Shown here one piece after another: positions 48,844 through 57,760 of a DNA stretch of 64,000 nt (the stretch's first letter is position 1; the number at the start of each line of letters is the position of its first letter). The stretch comes from Ignavibacteria bacterium (GTDB lineage: Bacteria > Bacteroidota > Ignavibacteria > Kapaibacteriales > Kapaibacteriaceae): assembly GCA_947495975.1 (NCBI GenBank), contig CANMBE010000004.1:78380-142379 (forward strand), given 5' to 3'. The notes beneath the pieces are model-generated. The model saw only the letters and a program-made list of their open reading frames with translations. It was not told the DNA's origin and made no database searches. The position numbers were made by a program, and so were the translations under genes.

Positions 48844-50331
48844 ATGTCTGAATTGACCCCCGACCTTACAACTCCGGAAGAAGAACAACCGGAATCAGCA
48901 CCACTCGTACAAGAAGTACCTGAACGTGTAATCGAAGCAAGCATTGCTGCTGAGCCAGCGCAGGCAGACGCTGCGCCCGCCGCAGTTGAAGCTGCTCCTG
49001 CTGCCCCGGAACTCTCTGAAGAAGAGAAGGCCGAGCAGGCTCACAAGCGTGAGGAAGAACGCAAGCGCAAGGAAGAAGAACGCAGATTGCGTGATGAAGC
49101 CTATGTAGAGCTCGAGGGCTTTAAGTCTGCTGGCACTGCATTCGATGTTGCAATTGCTGAACGAGTGAAAGGGGGCTTACGTGGAGAGTACAAGACTCTT
49201 CGCATTTTCCTTCCTGCATCGCACTTTGGCGTTCGCAAGAATGTACCTGAAGAAGAACTGAACACACTCATTGGTCAAACTGTTCGCGTGAAGGTTCACG
49301 AGTTGCAGTCGGACGATACAGGATATAAATCAGCCGTCGTTACACGTCGCGATATTTTGCTCGAAGACTTCTGGACAGGCATTCAAGCTGGCGCTGTTTA
49401 TGATGGAGTTGTTTCATCAGTTACAACGTTTGGTGCCTTTGTTAATATCGGTGGTATTGAGGGTCTCGTGCACGTATCGCGCCTTTCAAAGACTCGCGTT
49501 GAGAATCCTGCCGATGTGGTGAAGAAGGGCGACAAACTAAAAGTGACTGTTGCTGATGTAGATCGTGAAAAGCGCAAGCTGTCATTGTCTCACAAGGAAC
49601 ATGAAGAAGACCCGTGGAAGGGTGTCAATGAAGCCTACCCAGCTGCAAAACGCATCAAAGGAATAATACGACGCATCACTGACTTTGGCGCCTACGTTCA
49701 AGTAGCCCCAAAGATTGAAGGTCTACTTCGCATCAGTGAGCTCAGTTGGACGCGCCGAGTAAAGCACCCTACTGAGGTTGTTGCCGTTGGTCAAGAGGTT
49801 GAAGTAGAAGTACTATCTGCAAACGAAGAAAAGCATCAGCTCGCACTTGGCTACAAGCAAACACTTGAAAATCCTTGGCTCATGATTACGTCAACGATGC
49901 CAATTGGGACCGAGACAACTGGCGTTGTGCAACAAGTAAGCACACAAGGTGCAGTTGTACGTATATCGGACGTGTTTGATGGCTTCATGCCCCGTTCAAA
50001 GATCATTGCAGTGGGTCGTGGAGCTGCGACAGCATTGGCCCTAGGAGACACCGTATCATGCGTCATTGTTGATGTGAACGTAGAGAACGCCTCCCTTATC
50101 CTTGCGATGAAGGGCGAAGACGGCACAATTGGTGGTCAACAACAAGATGAAGGCCGCTACAATCGAGATCAGCGCAGTGACAACCGTGGTGGCGGACGTG
50201 GCGAAGGCCGCGGTGGCGGACGTGGTGAAGGCCGCGAGCATCGCGATCCATCAGTCACAATTCCTACTGTAAGTGGCGTTACGCTCGGAGACATGCTTAA
50301 GGATGCTGAAAAGGCCTTCGTTAAGAAGTGA
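48844..50331 (+). CDS. Ribosomal protein S1-like protein with four S1 domains (start probably ATG 48844)
   Basis: VKGG...FLPAS; FGAFVNIGGIEGLVHVS; DFGAYV...EGLLRISELSW; fourth degenerate S1 domain; TLGDML tail. Confidence 0.85.
   Translation: MSELTPDLTTPEEEQPESAPLVQEVPERVIEASIAAEPAQADAAPAAVEAAPAAPELSEEEKAEQAHKREEERKRKEEERRLRDEAYVELEGFKSAGTAFDVAIAERVKGGLRGEYKTLRIFLPASHFGVRKNVPEEELNTLIGQTVRVKVHELQSDDTGYKSAVVTRRDILLEDFWTGIQAGAVYDGVVSSVTTFGAFVNIGGIEGLVHVSRLSKTRVENPADVVKKGDKLKVTVADVDREKRKLSLSHKEHEEDPWKGVNEAYPAAKRIKGIIRRITDFGAYVQVAPKIEGLLRISELSWTRRVKHPTEVVAVGQEVEVEVLSANEEKHQLALGYKQTLENPWLMITSTMPIGTETTGVVQQVSTQGAVVRISDVFDGFMPRSKIIAVGRGAATALALGDTVSCVIVDVNVENASLILAMKGEDGTIGGQQQDEGRYNRDQRSDNRGGGRGEGRGGGRGEGREHRDPSVTIPTVSGVTLGDMLKDAEKAFVKK
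50188..50235. repeat. 2 x 24-bp tandem repeat encoding GGGRGEGR
   Basis: ggtggcggacgtggcgaaggccgc / ggtggcggacgtggtgaaggccgc. Confidence 0.9.
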
Positions 50332-50356
50332 TCCAACAACTACACGCAATAACATC

Positions 50357-50395
50357 GAAGCCGTCGTGATCACTCACGGCGGCTTCTGTATTTTT
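50357..50395 (+). terminator. Intrinsic terminator after the S1-like gene
   Basis: gaagccgtcgtga-tcac-tcacggcggcttc followed by tgtattttt. Confidence 0.8.
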
Positions 50396-50403
50396 GGTTC
50401 AAC

Positions 50404-51165
50404 ATGACGCTACGCCGATTCTACATATCCGCATGCATCTTCGTTCTTACTGTCTACCTACCGTGCGCAGCTCAAGACGACGCCAGTAGCGTGGTACTGC
50501 AACCTCGCGTACTTACGCCAGCAGAATTTCTAACGTCAAAGTCAATCGGCGAAAACAGTCGAATTGCGCTGCCAGGACAAGTATCCTCCCGTTCGTCTGC
50601 CGAGCAGGACAGCACCTACGCTCAGGCTCTCGCAATGAAGATCCCTTCGTCTACACGCTTTGCGGCTTCACTCATGGAGTCATCCATAGCTCTTCGTTTT
50701 CGCGCCGAGCTGCAGCGTCAGCCGTCGATCTGGGAGCAGATCAACAACACCATGAACATCCCGCCCGAAATCCTGAAACCCTCGCCACAAGAAAGAGCGC
50801 AATATCAGTTGACCATTGCCAATGCAATGTATGTGCCCGGTGTGCTGCTGTTTCCGATGGGTACGGGAAATGCAATGATAAATCTTGGCGACATTGCACG
50901 CGTTTTTGGATTCGGCGAAGACGTAAGCCCCATTATTCGATATGTCGTAGACGAAACCATCGAGGTTGAAATCGTGGTGTATTCAACACAGGCCATGGTT
51001 ATCAAGACGGTCTTTAGTGGCATTCAAGCGCCGGGCACCTATACGATTACCTGGGATGGCCGCGAACAGAGCGGTAAAACGGCAACAACCGGCGAATACA
51101 TTGCAGAAGTCAGGCTGGGTGGAGAACGCCTCATGCGAAAGCGCATCACCTGGAAAGGGCGATGA
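50404..51165 (+). CDS. Exported protein with C-terminal FlgD-Ig-like domain
   Basis: Signal peptide; PGTYTITWDGR..SG....GEY. Confidence 0.8.
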   Translation: MTLRRFYISACIFVLTVYLPCAAQDDASSVVLQPRVLTPAEFLTSKSIGENSRIALPGQVSSRSSAEQDSTYAQALAMKIPSSTRFAASLMESSIALRFRAELQRQPSIWEQINNTMNIPPEILKPSPQERAQYQLTIANAMYVPGVLLFPMGTGNAMINLGDIARVFGFGEDVSPIIRYVVDETIEVEIVVYSTQAMVIKTVFSGIQAPGTYTITWDGREQSGKTATTGEYIAEVRLGGERLMRKRITWKGR

Positions 51166-51219
51166 GGCAACACTCTTGCTCGTGTGGCGTCAATCCCTGC
51201 ACATTCGATTCCATGATAT

Positions 51220-54114
51220 TTGTTGTTGTCGCCTATGCATCGCTCTGCCCAACTTTTCTTCGTTCTTGCCTCGTTGCTATGTTCAACGTGTTTGTGTGCG
51301 GCTTACGAGCCAAACGTTGTACTCATCACATTGCGTGCGAACAGCACAGCCCTGCGGCAATGGCAACAAGCCGATCGTAGCGGATCCCTTCCCTTTCTCA
51401 CAGAGATTCTTGGTCAGCACGCAACCGAGCCGTATGTGCTCAACTCAACGCTTATTGCAGTTGCGCACGCTCATGCACGCAAGAATATCACTTTCAAGCA
51501 AAGACCCGCAGACCGTGCGATAGCACGCATTGCTGTGGTCCGCTACAACGCTGATATTGACCCAGCGCTTTTGGCGCGCAAGCTTTCATCACTACCTGAT
51601 GTTGAAGTTGCAGAGCCCCTTGCTCAACATCACATCGTTGAAATACCAGATGATCCTGATGTTGACCGGCAATACTACCATGACCTCGTCAAATCATTCG
51701 AGGCATGGGACAAACTTCCTACCGATAGCACAATCGTAGTTGGGATTGTTGATACAGGTATCGACACTACACACGCCGACCTCCATGCGAATGTTTGGCA
51801 CAACTCTTTGGAAACGGGGCTTGATGGCAACAATAATGACAAACGATCGAATGGGATTGATGATGACGCTAATGGATTTGTGGATGATTGGTTTGGATGG
51901 GATTTTGTTGGTGCCAATGGAACGGCAACCGATAACAGCCCTCTACCTGGACATCTTCATGGAACACACGTTGGCGGCATTGTTGCCGCGGTTGTCAATA
52001 ACGCTACCGGCGGCGCAGGCGTCGGCAAGAATATTCGAGTGATGGCAGTAAAAGTTGGGCGTGATGATCCTAACTCCATTTCAGTTGGGCGCACATCCGA
52101 TGGCATCCTCTATGCTGCTTCAATGGGTGCATCAATCATCAATTGTTCGTTTGGTAGTGCATCACCGTCATTGGCAGAGACGGCAGTTATGGAAGAAGCC
52201 ACTGCTCTTGGTGCGCTTGTTGTTGCAGCTGCCGGGAATGATGGTCTCGATATGGCGTTCTTTCCTGCAGCGTATCCTCAGGTGCTGTCAGTTGCGGCAA
52301 CAGATGAAATAGATGAAATCGCATTTTTTTCCAATACACACAACACCGTAGATGTCTGCGCGCCCGGCGTGGCGATTTACTCAACAACTCCTAACAACAC
52401 ATATCAATATTTAGACGGCACCTCAATGGCATCGCCTGTTGCAGCAGCCGTTGCAGCGATGGTACGATTGAAGAATCCTACATATACCTCTGCCGAAACC
52501 AAGGCAACGGTTATGTCTACATGTGATAATATCGACTCAGCAAATGCCGTGTTTCTTGGTCGGTACGGCATAGGACGCGTCAATGCGCTCTCAGCCGTTT
52601 CGGCAACAGATCCCAAATGGGTTACTGTTTCGCGTGCAACGTTTGTTGACAGCGACGGAGATTCATTCTTTGAGCCGGGAGACAGACTACGTCTTACGCT
52701 TGAACTTCGAAACGAACTTGCTGCGCTAGGAAATGCATACATTAAAATTACAAACGCACCCGCAGCATTTGCCTCTTCACTTATCAACGACTCTATTGTT
52801 GTCGGTCAAATGGCGCGAGGTGAGATTCGTACACTCAGCGAGGAAATCAACATTGATCTGCCACTCGAATTGCCGTTCAACGGCGAGGTGCGGCTGTTGG
52901 TTCAGATTTTTGACAGCTCTCGATTTGTTAGCCGCGGGATTGTAGCTGCCATTGTAAACACAACATTTCGAACACTCGCCGTCAACGACGTTACAACCAC
53001 CGTGAACTCTGTGGGCAACGTTGGCTTCAATGATTATCCTTCAAACGTGCAAGGAGTTGGGCTCACATATAAGGGTGGACCAAATCTACTTTTTGAGGGG
53101 GCTCTGATGATTGGCGTTCAACCTCTCAATCTTCCGAATGTTGCTCGCAACGCTACATCCGATTCCAAGGACACGTTATTTCATGCAATACGCGTAACTG
53201 AGATTCGCACAGATAGCGTGCCATCAGGCGCGCGAGTTACAACATCCTTCTCCGATATCTTTGACCCCTTTTCTATTGGTATAGATGTAACAGAGAACAC
53301 ATATGCTCTCACTGCTGATTCAGTTCGAAACACAATTATTGTTTCTTTAGACATCTACAATCGTGTTGATACGACTATTCGCGATCTCTATGTCTCTCAA
53401 TTCTACGATTTTGATATTGGCCCCTCAGGTGCAAGCAATGGATGTGCTTGGATGCCAAAGGAAGGTCTAGGGCTCTTTCAGAATACTGTGCAACCAGAAC
53501 TTCCACTCGTTGGAATCGCAATGATTTCTCCCATTGCGTTAAATTTTTATGCGTTAGATAATGACGGCGATGTATTGTCACCAAGTATCTATGATAATTT
53601 TTTGCGCGCCGAAAAATGGCTTACAATGTCTAACGGAATTGGACGGAGAAATTCTCGCGTTACAGATGCTTCTGCTGTGATCGGAGCAGGACCTTTTTCA
53701 CTTGCTCCCGGTGAGCGCCAACAGGTTTGCTTTGTAGTAGCTGCAGGCGAATCATATGCTTTGCTGACGAAGGGAGTCAACTCTGCGCGTGGAGCAGCTC
53801 GGGATATGGGACTCAATGCCATTCTATATTCAGAACTCCCCTCCGAAGACAAGGTCATTTACCTAGAGGGCTCACCGCTTATAACATCGGGCACTCATAA
53901 TATCAAGTTCATAGTTGGCTCAAAAACTGCCGTCTACATCACCATGATAGATATTCTTGGCAGCACCATCGCAACAGTTCTTGATGACCGAGAGGTATTT
54001 GCGGGTACGCATACACGAACAATATCTATTCCGAACGTGGCCCAAGGGACCTACTTCCTGCGCATGACCACATATGCTTCGTCTACTCTGTTTGCTTTTG
54101 GCATGATTAACTAA
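51220..54114 (+). CDS. S8 (subtilisin) family serine peptidase, secreted (start may be ATG 51235)
   Basis: Catalytic IVDTG, HGTHVGG, AAGN, GTSMASP; NGIDDDANGFVDD insert; T9SS-like tail. Confidence 0.92.
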   Translation: MLLSPMHRSAQLFFVLASLLCSTCLCAAYEPNVVLITLRANSTALRQWQQADRSGSLPFLTEILGQHATEPYVLNSTLIAVAHAHARKNITFKQRPADRAIARIAVVRYNADIDPALLARKLSSLPDVEVAEPLAQHHIVEIPDDPDVDRQYYHDLVKSFEAWDKLPTDSTIVVGIVDTGIDTTHADLHANVWHNSLETGLDGNNNDKRSNGIDDDANGFVDDWFGWDFVGANGTATDNSPLPGHLHGTHVGGIVAAVVNNATGGAGVGKNIRVMAVKVGRDDPNSISVGRTSDGILYAASMGASIINCSFGSASPSLAETAVMEEATALGALVVAAAGNDGLDMAFFPAAYPQVLSVAATDEIDEIAFFSNTHNTVDVCAPGVAIYSTTPNNTYQYLDGTSMASPVAAAVAAMVRLKNPTYTSAETKATVMSTCDNIDSANAVFLGRYGIGRVNALSAVSATDPKWVTVSRATFVDSDGDSFFEPGDRLRLTLELRNELAALGNAYIKITNAPAAFASSLINDSIVVGQMARGEIRTLSEEINIDLPLELPFNGEVRLLVQIFDSSRFVSRGIVAAIVNTTFRTLAVNDVTTTVNSVGNVGFNDYPSNVQGVGLTYKGGPNLLFEGALMIGVQPLNLPNVARNATSDSKDTLFHAIRVTEIRTDSVPSGARVTTSFSDIFDPFSIGIDVTENTYALTADSVRNTIIVSLDIYNRVDTTIRDLYVSQFYDFDIGPSGASNGCAWMPKEGLGLFQNTVQPELPLVGIAMISPIALNFYALDNDGDVLSPSIYDNFLRAEKWLTMSNGIGRRNSRVTDASAVIGAGPFSLAPGERQQVCFVVAAGESYALLTKGVNSARGAARDMGLNAILYSELPSEDKVIYLEGSPLITSGTHNIKFIVGSKTAVYITMIDILGSTIATVLDDREVFAGTHTRTISIPNVAQGTYFLRMTTYASSTLFAFGMIN

Positions 54115-55528
54115 GATGCTTTTTTGTGAGTACACCAACAGCTTCTACGTGAAACGTTTGTGGGAACATGTCTACTGGCGTTATTGATTCAACGGAATAC
54201 ATTTCTGCAAGCATTGCACAGTCTCGCGCCATCGTTGCCGGGTTGCAGCTCACGTAGACAATCCGATCTGCACAAACCGCTAACAAATGACTGACAACTT
54301 GTTCATGCATACCATTGCGTGGCGGATCAATAATGACCACATCTGGTTTGGGAAGACCCGCCAAAACGGCCTGCGCTGAGAGGTGATGTAGATCCACCGC
54401 GTGGAACTCAACATTTGTTATTCCATTACGTTCTGCATTCGCCTTTGCATCTGCAATCGACCCAGCAGACAATTCCGCGCCTACAACGAGACGCGCCAAT
54501 TTAGCGGCCGGGAGCGTTAGCGTTCCTGTGCCACAATACAAATCCCATACAACGTCGTTTTCGCCAATGCGAGCCCCTTGCATAGCCTCATTTACAAGTG
54601 CAGGAAGATGATGGGTATTTGTTTGGAAAAATGAGAACGGAGAGATGCGATATGTGATGCCGTGTGAAATCTCATCGAGGTAACCAGGGCCGATGCACTG
54701 CTGTATCTCGCCCACTGCTACTGGTGAATGAGAATCTGCAACAGCGTGGATCATCGATGAACCTTCAGGCAAGGTGCTATGCAACGAAAGCCACTCATCG
54801 ATACATGCTGTATGCTTTTTCTCTGTAGGCGTTGTTGTAATGAGCACCGACATGACAGTACCCATAGCTGCACTGGTGCGTACTACGAGATGACGCGCAA
54901 AGCCACTATGCAACCGTTGATGATAGGCCGTAATGCCATGTTGCTTCACACAAGCGTGCGTGTGTGCCAACACAACATTTCCAACATCCGATTGGAGGAG
55001 ACAATGATCTACATTGCGCACCTTGTCGAAGCGCCCTGGAACGTGAAGTCCAAGCGCAAAACTTGTGTCAAACTCAACTCCACTTTCTATCTCATCTCTT
55101 GTGAGCCACTGGGATCCTCCAAATGAGAACTCCATTTTGTTGCGATAGTTGTATGCAAGTGGTGATACAAGTGTTGGGTTTACCTGACCAACCGGAATTT
55201 GTGCCAATCGTTCAAACGCATCAATTACATGCTGCCTCTTCCACGTAGCCTGATCGGCATAGATCAAGTGTTGCCATTTACATCCACCACATGTGCCGAA
55301 ATGTGGGCACGGGGCTTTTACTCGCGAAGGAGATGCAATAAGGATCTCAATTGCTTCGGCCTGTTTGAACTTCTTCTTGGAACCCGTAATTCTAGCTCGT
55401 ACAGTTTCTCCTGGAAGCGCCCCTGCAACAAAGTGTACAAGGTTGTCTATTCGGCCAACCGATACACCCTCAAATCCAATTGAATCTACACTGATCTCTA
55501 TCTCTTCTACCGGTCTATGGTTGCGCAT
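54107..55528 (-). CDS. rlmD: 23S rRNA m5U1939 methyltransferase
   Basis: TRAM domain; CPHFGTCGGC; YRNKMEF; SFFQTN; DPPR; YVSCNP; DMFPQTFHVE. Confidence 0.93.
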   Translation of the reverse strand: MRNHRPVEEIEISVDSIGFEGVSVGRIDNLVHFVAGALPGETVRARITGSKKKFKQAEAIEILIASPSRVKAPCPHFGTCGGCKWQHLIYADQATWKRQHVIDAFERLAQIPVGQVNPTLVSPLAYNYRNKMEFSFGGSQWLTRDEIESGVEFDTSFALGLHVPGRFDKVRNVDHCLLQSDVGNVVLAHTHACVKQHGITAYHQRLHSGFARHLVVRTSAAMGTVMSVLITTTPTEKKHTACIDEWLSLHSTLPEGSSMIHAVADSHSPVAVGEIQQCIGPGYLDEISHGITYRISPFSFFQTNTHHLPALVNEAMQGARIGENDVVWDLYCGTGTLTLPAAKLARLVVGAELSAGSIADAKANAERNGITNVEFHAVDLHHLSAQAVLAGLPKPDVVIIDPPRNGMHEQVVSHLLAVCADRIVYVSCNPATMARDCAMLAEMYSVESITPVDMFPQTFHVEAVGVLTKKHLS

Positions 55529-55555
55529 GCCCTACCGTTGGTATGTTTGAACGCA

Positions 55556-55563
55556 CAAAGTTA
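55556..55563 (-). promoter_or_regulatory. -7 promoter element (TAacTTTG) for rlmD
   Basis: Exact match in the 66-bp divergent gap. Confidence 0.55.
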
Positions 55564-55594
55564 ACGGTCATATCCCTCACTTGGACTTTTTACC

Positions 55595-56623
55595 ATGATC
55601 GACATCCGCCTCTATCAGAATAACACGATGGAGATCGTGCCCCTTGAGGGCCTCGTGCAGCTCGGTCCGGAGCAGATTAGCGAAGGAAGTATGATATGGG
55701 TAGACATGGAAAACCCTACACAAGAAGAAGAGCAAGCAGTGCTGTTGAGGTGGTTTCCGGTCCACGAACTTGTGCTATCAGACATGAAGAAGGCCATTGC
55801 ATCAGCAGGCGATGATGATAGCTTTCACCACCCCAAAGTTGACGATTTTGGTTCATACCTGTATGTGATCATGCATGCCTTAGTTGAACCTGAACCAAAG
55901 GCTACCGATGCTACTTCATATCTGCGAGGCATAACTGAGGCACAGCTCAATATCCTCATTTCAAATAATATCCTCATCACGCATCACGCTGGGCGAATAG
56001 ATGGCACCAGAGCATTACGTGATTCCTGTTCGCGCAATTGCCATATCATGCAGCGCGGGCCTGACTACATGCTGCACCTTTTGCTCGATGACCTGGTTGA
56101 TGGCTACGTTCCATTAGTCTCAGTCTTTGAGGAGAGAGTTGAAGAACTCGAGCACCTTGTATTCAAGTCTCCGGGGAACCTCACACTCATGCGCATCTTA
56201 GAAATGAAGCGTCTGTTGCAAAAGGTGAGACGAGATGTTGTTTACCAACGAGAGATCGTCAATCGGCTAGCACGTGGCGAGTTTGCGCTTATTTCGCCTA
56301 CTGAGTCCATGTATTACCGTAATGTCTATGACCATCTCGTGCGAATCTCTGACCAAGTAGACACGTGTAGAGAACTTGTCTTGTCGATCATGGATGCGTA
56401 TTTCTCTGTGAACTCTGCAAATCTGAATACGGTGATGAAGGTTCTGACGGTAATCAGTACAATCTTTCTCCCAATTACATTCATCACTAGTTTCTACGGA
56501 ATGAATTTTGAGTTTATGTCTGAGCTGCACACACCTTGGGGATATCCTGCTGTAATTAGTCTTATTATTATTGTAGCGGCTATTATGTTCATAAGCTTCC
56601 GACGAAGAGGTTGGCTTGAATAA
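55595..56623 (+). CDS. corA: Magnesium/cobalt transporter CorA
   Basis: WVDM..P; YGMNF signature between two C-terminal TM helices. Confidence 0.94.
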   Translation: MIDIRLYQNNTMEIVPLEGLVQLGPEQISEGSMIWVDMENPTQEEEQAVLLRWFPVHELVLSDMKKAIASAGDDDSFHHPKVDDFGSYLYVIMHALVEPEPKATDATSYLRGITEAQLNILISNNILITHHAGRIDGTRALRDSCSRNCHIMQRGPDYMLHLLLDDLVDGYVPLVSVFEERVEELEHLVFKSPGNLTLMRILEMKRLLQKVRRDVVYQREIVNRLARGEFALISPTESMYYRNVYDHLVRISDQVDTCRELVLSIMDAYFSVNSANLNTVMKVLTVISTIFLPITFITSFYGMNFEFMSELHTPWGYPAVISLIIIVAAIMFISFRRRGWLE

Positions 56624-57755
56624 TTTGTCGTGTCGCTCTCTGCTATTGTTTCTTCTAGGTTTTAGTCTGTCTCCGTTACAGACAGCCACTGCGCAAGAGC
56701 CTGTTGAGATTACAATGGTCCGCGCAACACCAACACTGACTGGCACAGACGTGCGCATTCGTGGGACTCGAACAATCACCACATTTCAGCGTCTTGAACG
56801 CACCAAAGAAGGCTTCATACTTCGTATGCCGCAAGCTCTCCTTGGTATTGCTGCGCTTGATAGCACGGTTACCAAGAGCCCCTTATCATGCAAGGTGGAA
56901 AGGATTCGAGACATCCTCGTGTTACGATTTATGTGCTCGCCGTCAGATAGTGTGATTGTTGCCAGAGATGGCCAACGAGATCTTGTATGCTCCATTCGCA
57001 CAACGAATACAACGAGCGAAAAGTCGGAAAAGAAAACTGATGACAAATGGTTGCTCGATGTGATTGTCATTGACGCTGGTCACGGCGGCCAAGATGTTGG
57101 CGCCGAGGGTGTGAACGGGACGTATGAAAAGGATGTCACTCTCTCCATAGCAAAACGCTTGCGCGACTTTATACGGGAAGACTTTCCCAGCACAAAGGTT
57201 GTGATGACGAGAGACGCCGACGTTTTTATTGAACTCTATAAGCGGACACAGATTGCAAATGAGGCCGGGGGCAAGCTCTTCGTGAGCATCCATTGCAACA
57301 GCATGCCGCTGAAGCCACATCCAGCTCATGGCTGCGAGACCTATATATTGCGTCCAGGCCGCAATGATGATGCTGCCCGCGTTGCTGCTCTAGAGAACGC
57401 ATCTGTCAAGTTTGAGAAGTCAACGTCGAGGTATCAAGGCATGACGGCAGATCAAATCATCATTGCAACAATGGCGCAGAGAAGTTTTGTTCGTCTCAGT
57501 GAAACGTTTGCTTCAACTATCCAGCGCGAAGTGACTGCCGAAACACCACTAACGAACCGGGGAGTGAGTCAGGCTGGATTCTACGTGCTCGTTGGCGCTT
57601 CAATGCCGAATGTACTGGTGGAGACTGGCTTTTTATCAAACGTGGCCGATGCGGAGTATCTTGCTTCCACAAAGGGACAAAAATCACTTGCTCGCTCATT
57701 GGCGAATGCTATTAAGCTGTATGCCTCCGCATATCAACGATCGATGTCACACTGA
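56616..57755 (+). CDS. N-acetylmuramoyl-L-alanine amidase (Amidase_3)
   Basis: IDAGHGG.D.GA, EKDVTL, FVSIHCN, VLVETGFLSN. Confidence 0.93.
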   Translation: MNNLSCRSLLLFLLGFSLSPLQTATAQEPVEITMVRATPTLTGTDVRIRGTRTITTFQRLERTKEGFILRMPQALLGIAALDSTVTKSPLSCKVERIRDILVLRFMCSPSDSVIVARDGQRDLVCSIRTTNTTSEKSEKKTDDKWLLDVIVIDAGHGGQDVGAEGVNGTYEKDVTLSIAKRLRDFIREDFPSTKVVMTRDADVFIELYKRTQIANEAGGKLFVSIHCNSMPLKPHPAHGCETYILRPGRNDDAARVAALENASVKFEKSTSRYQGMTADQIIIATMAQRSFVRLSETFASTIQREVTAETPLTNRGVSQAGFYVLVGASMPNVLVETGFLSNVADAEYLASTKGQKSLARSLANAIKLYASAYQRSMSH

Positions 57756-57760
57756 ACACA

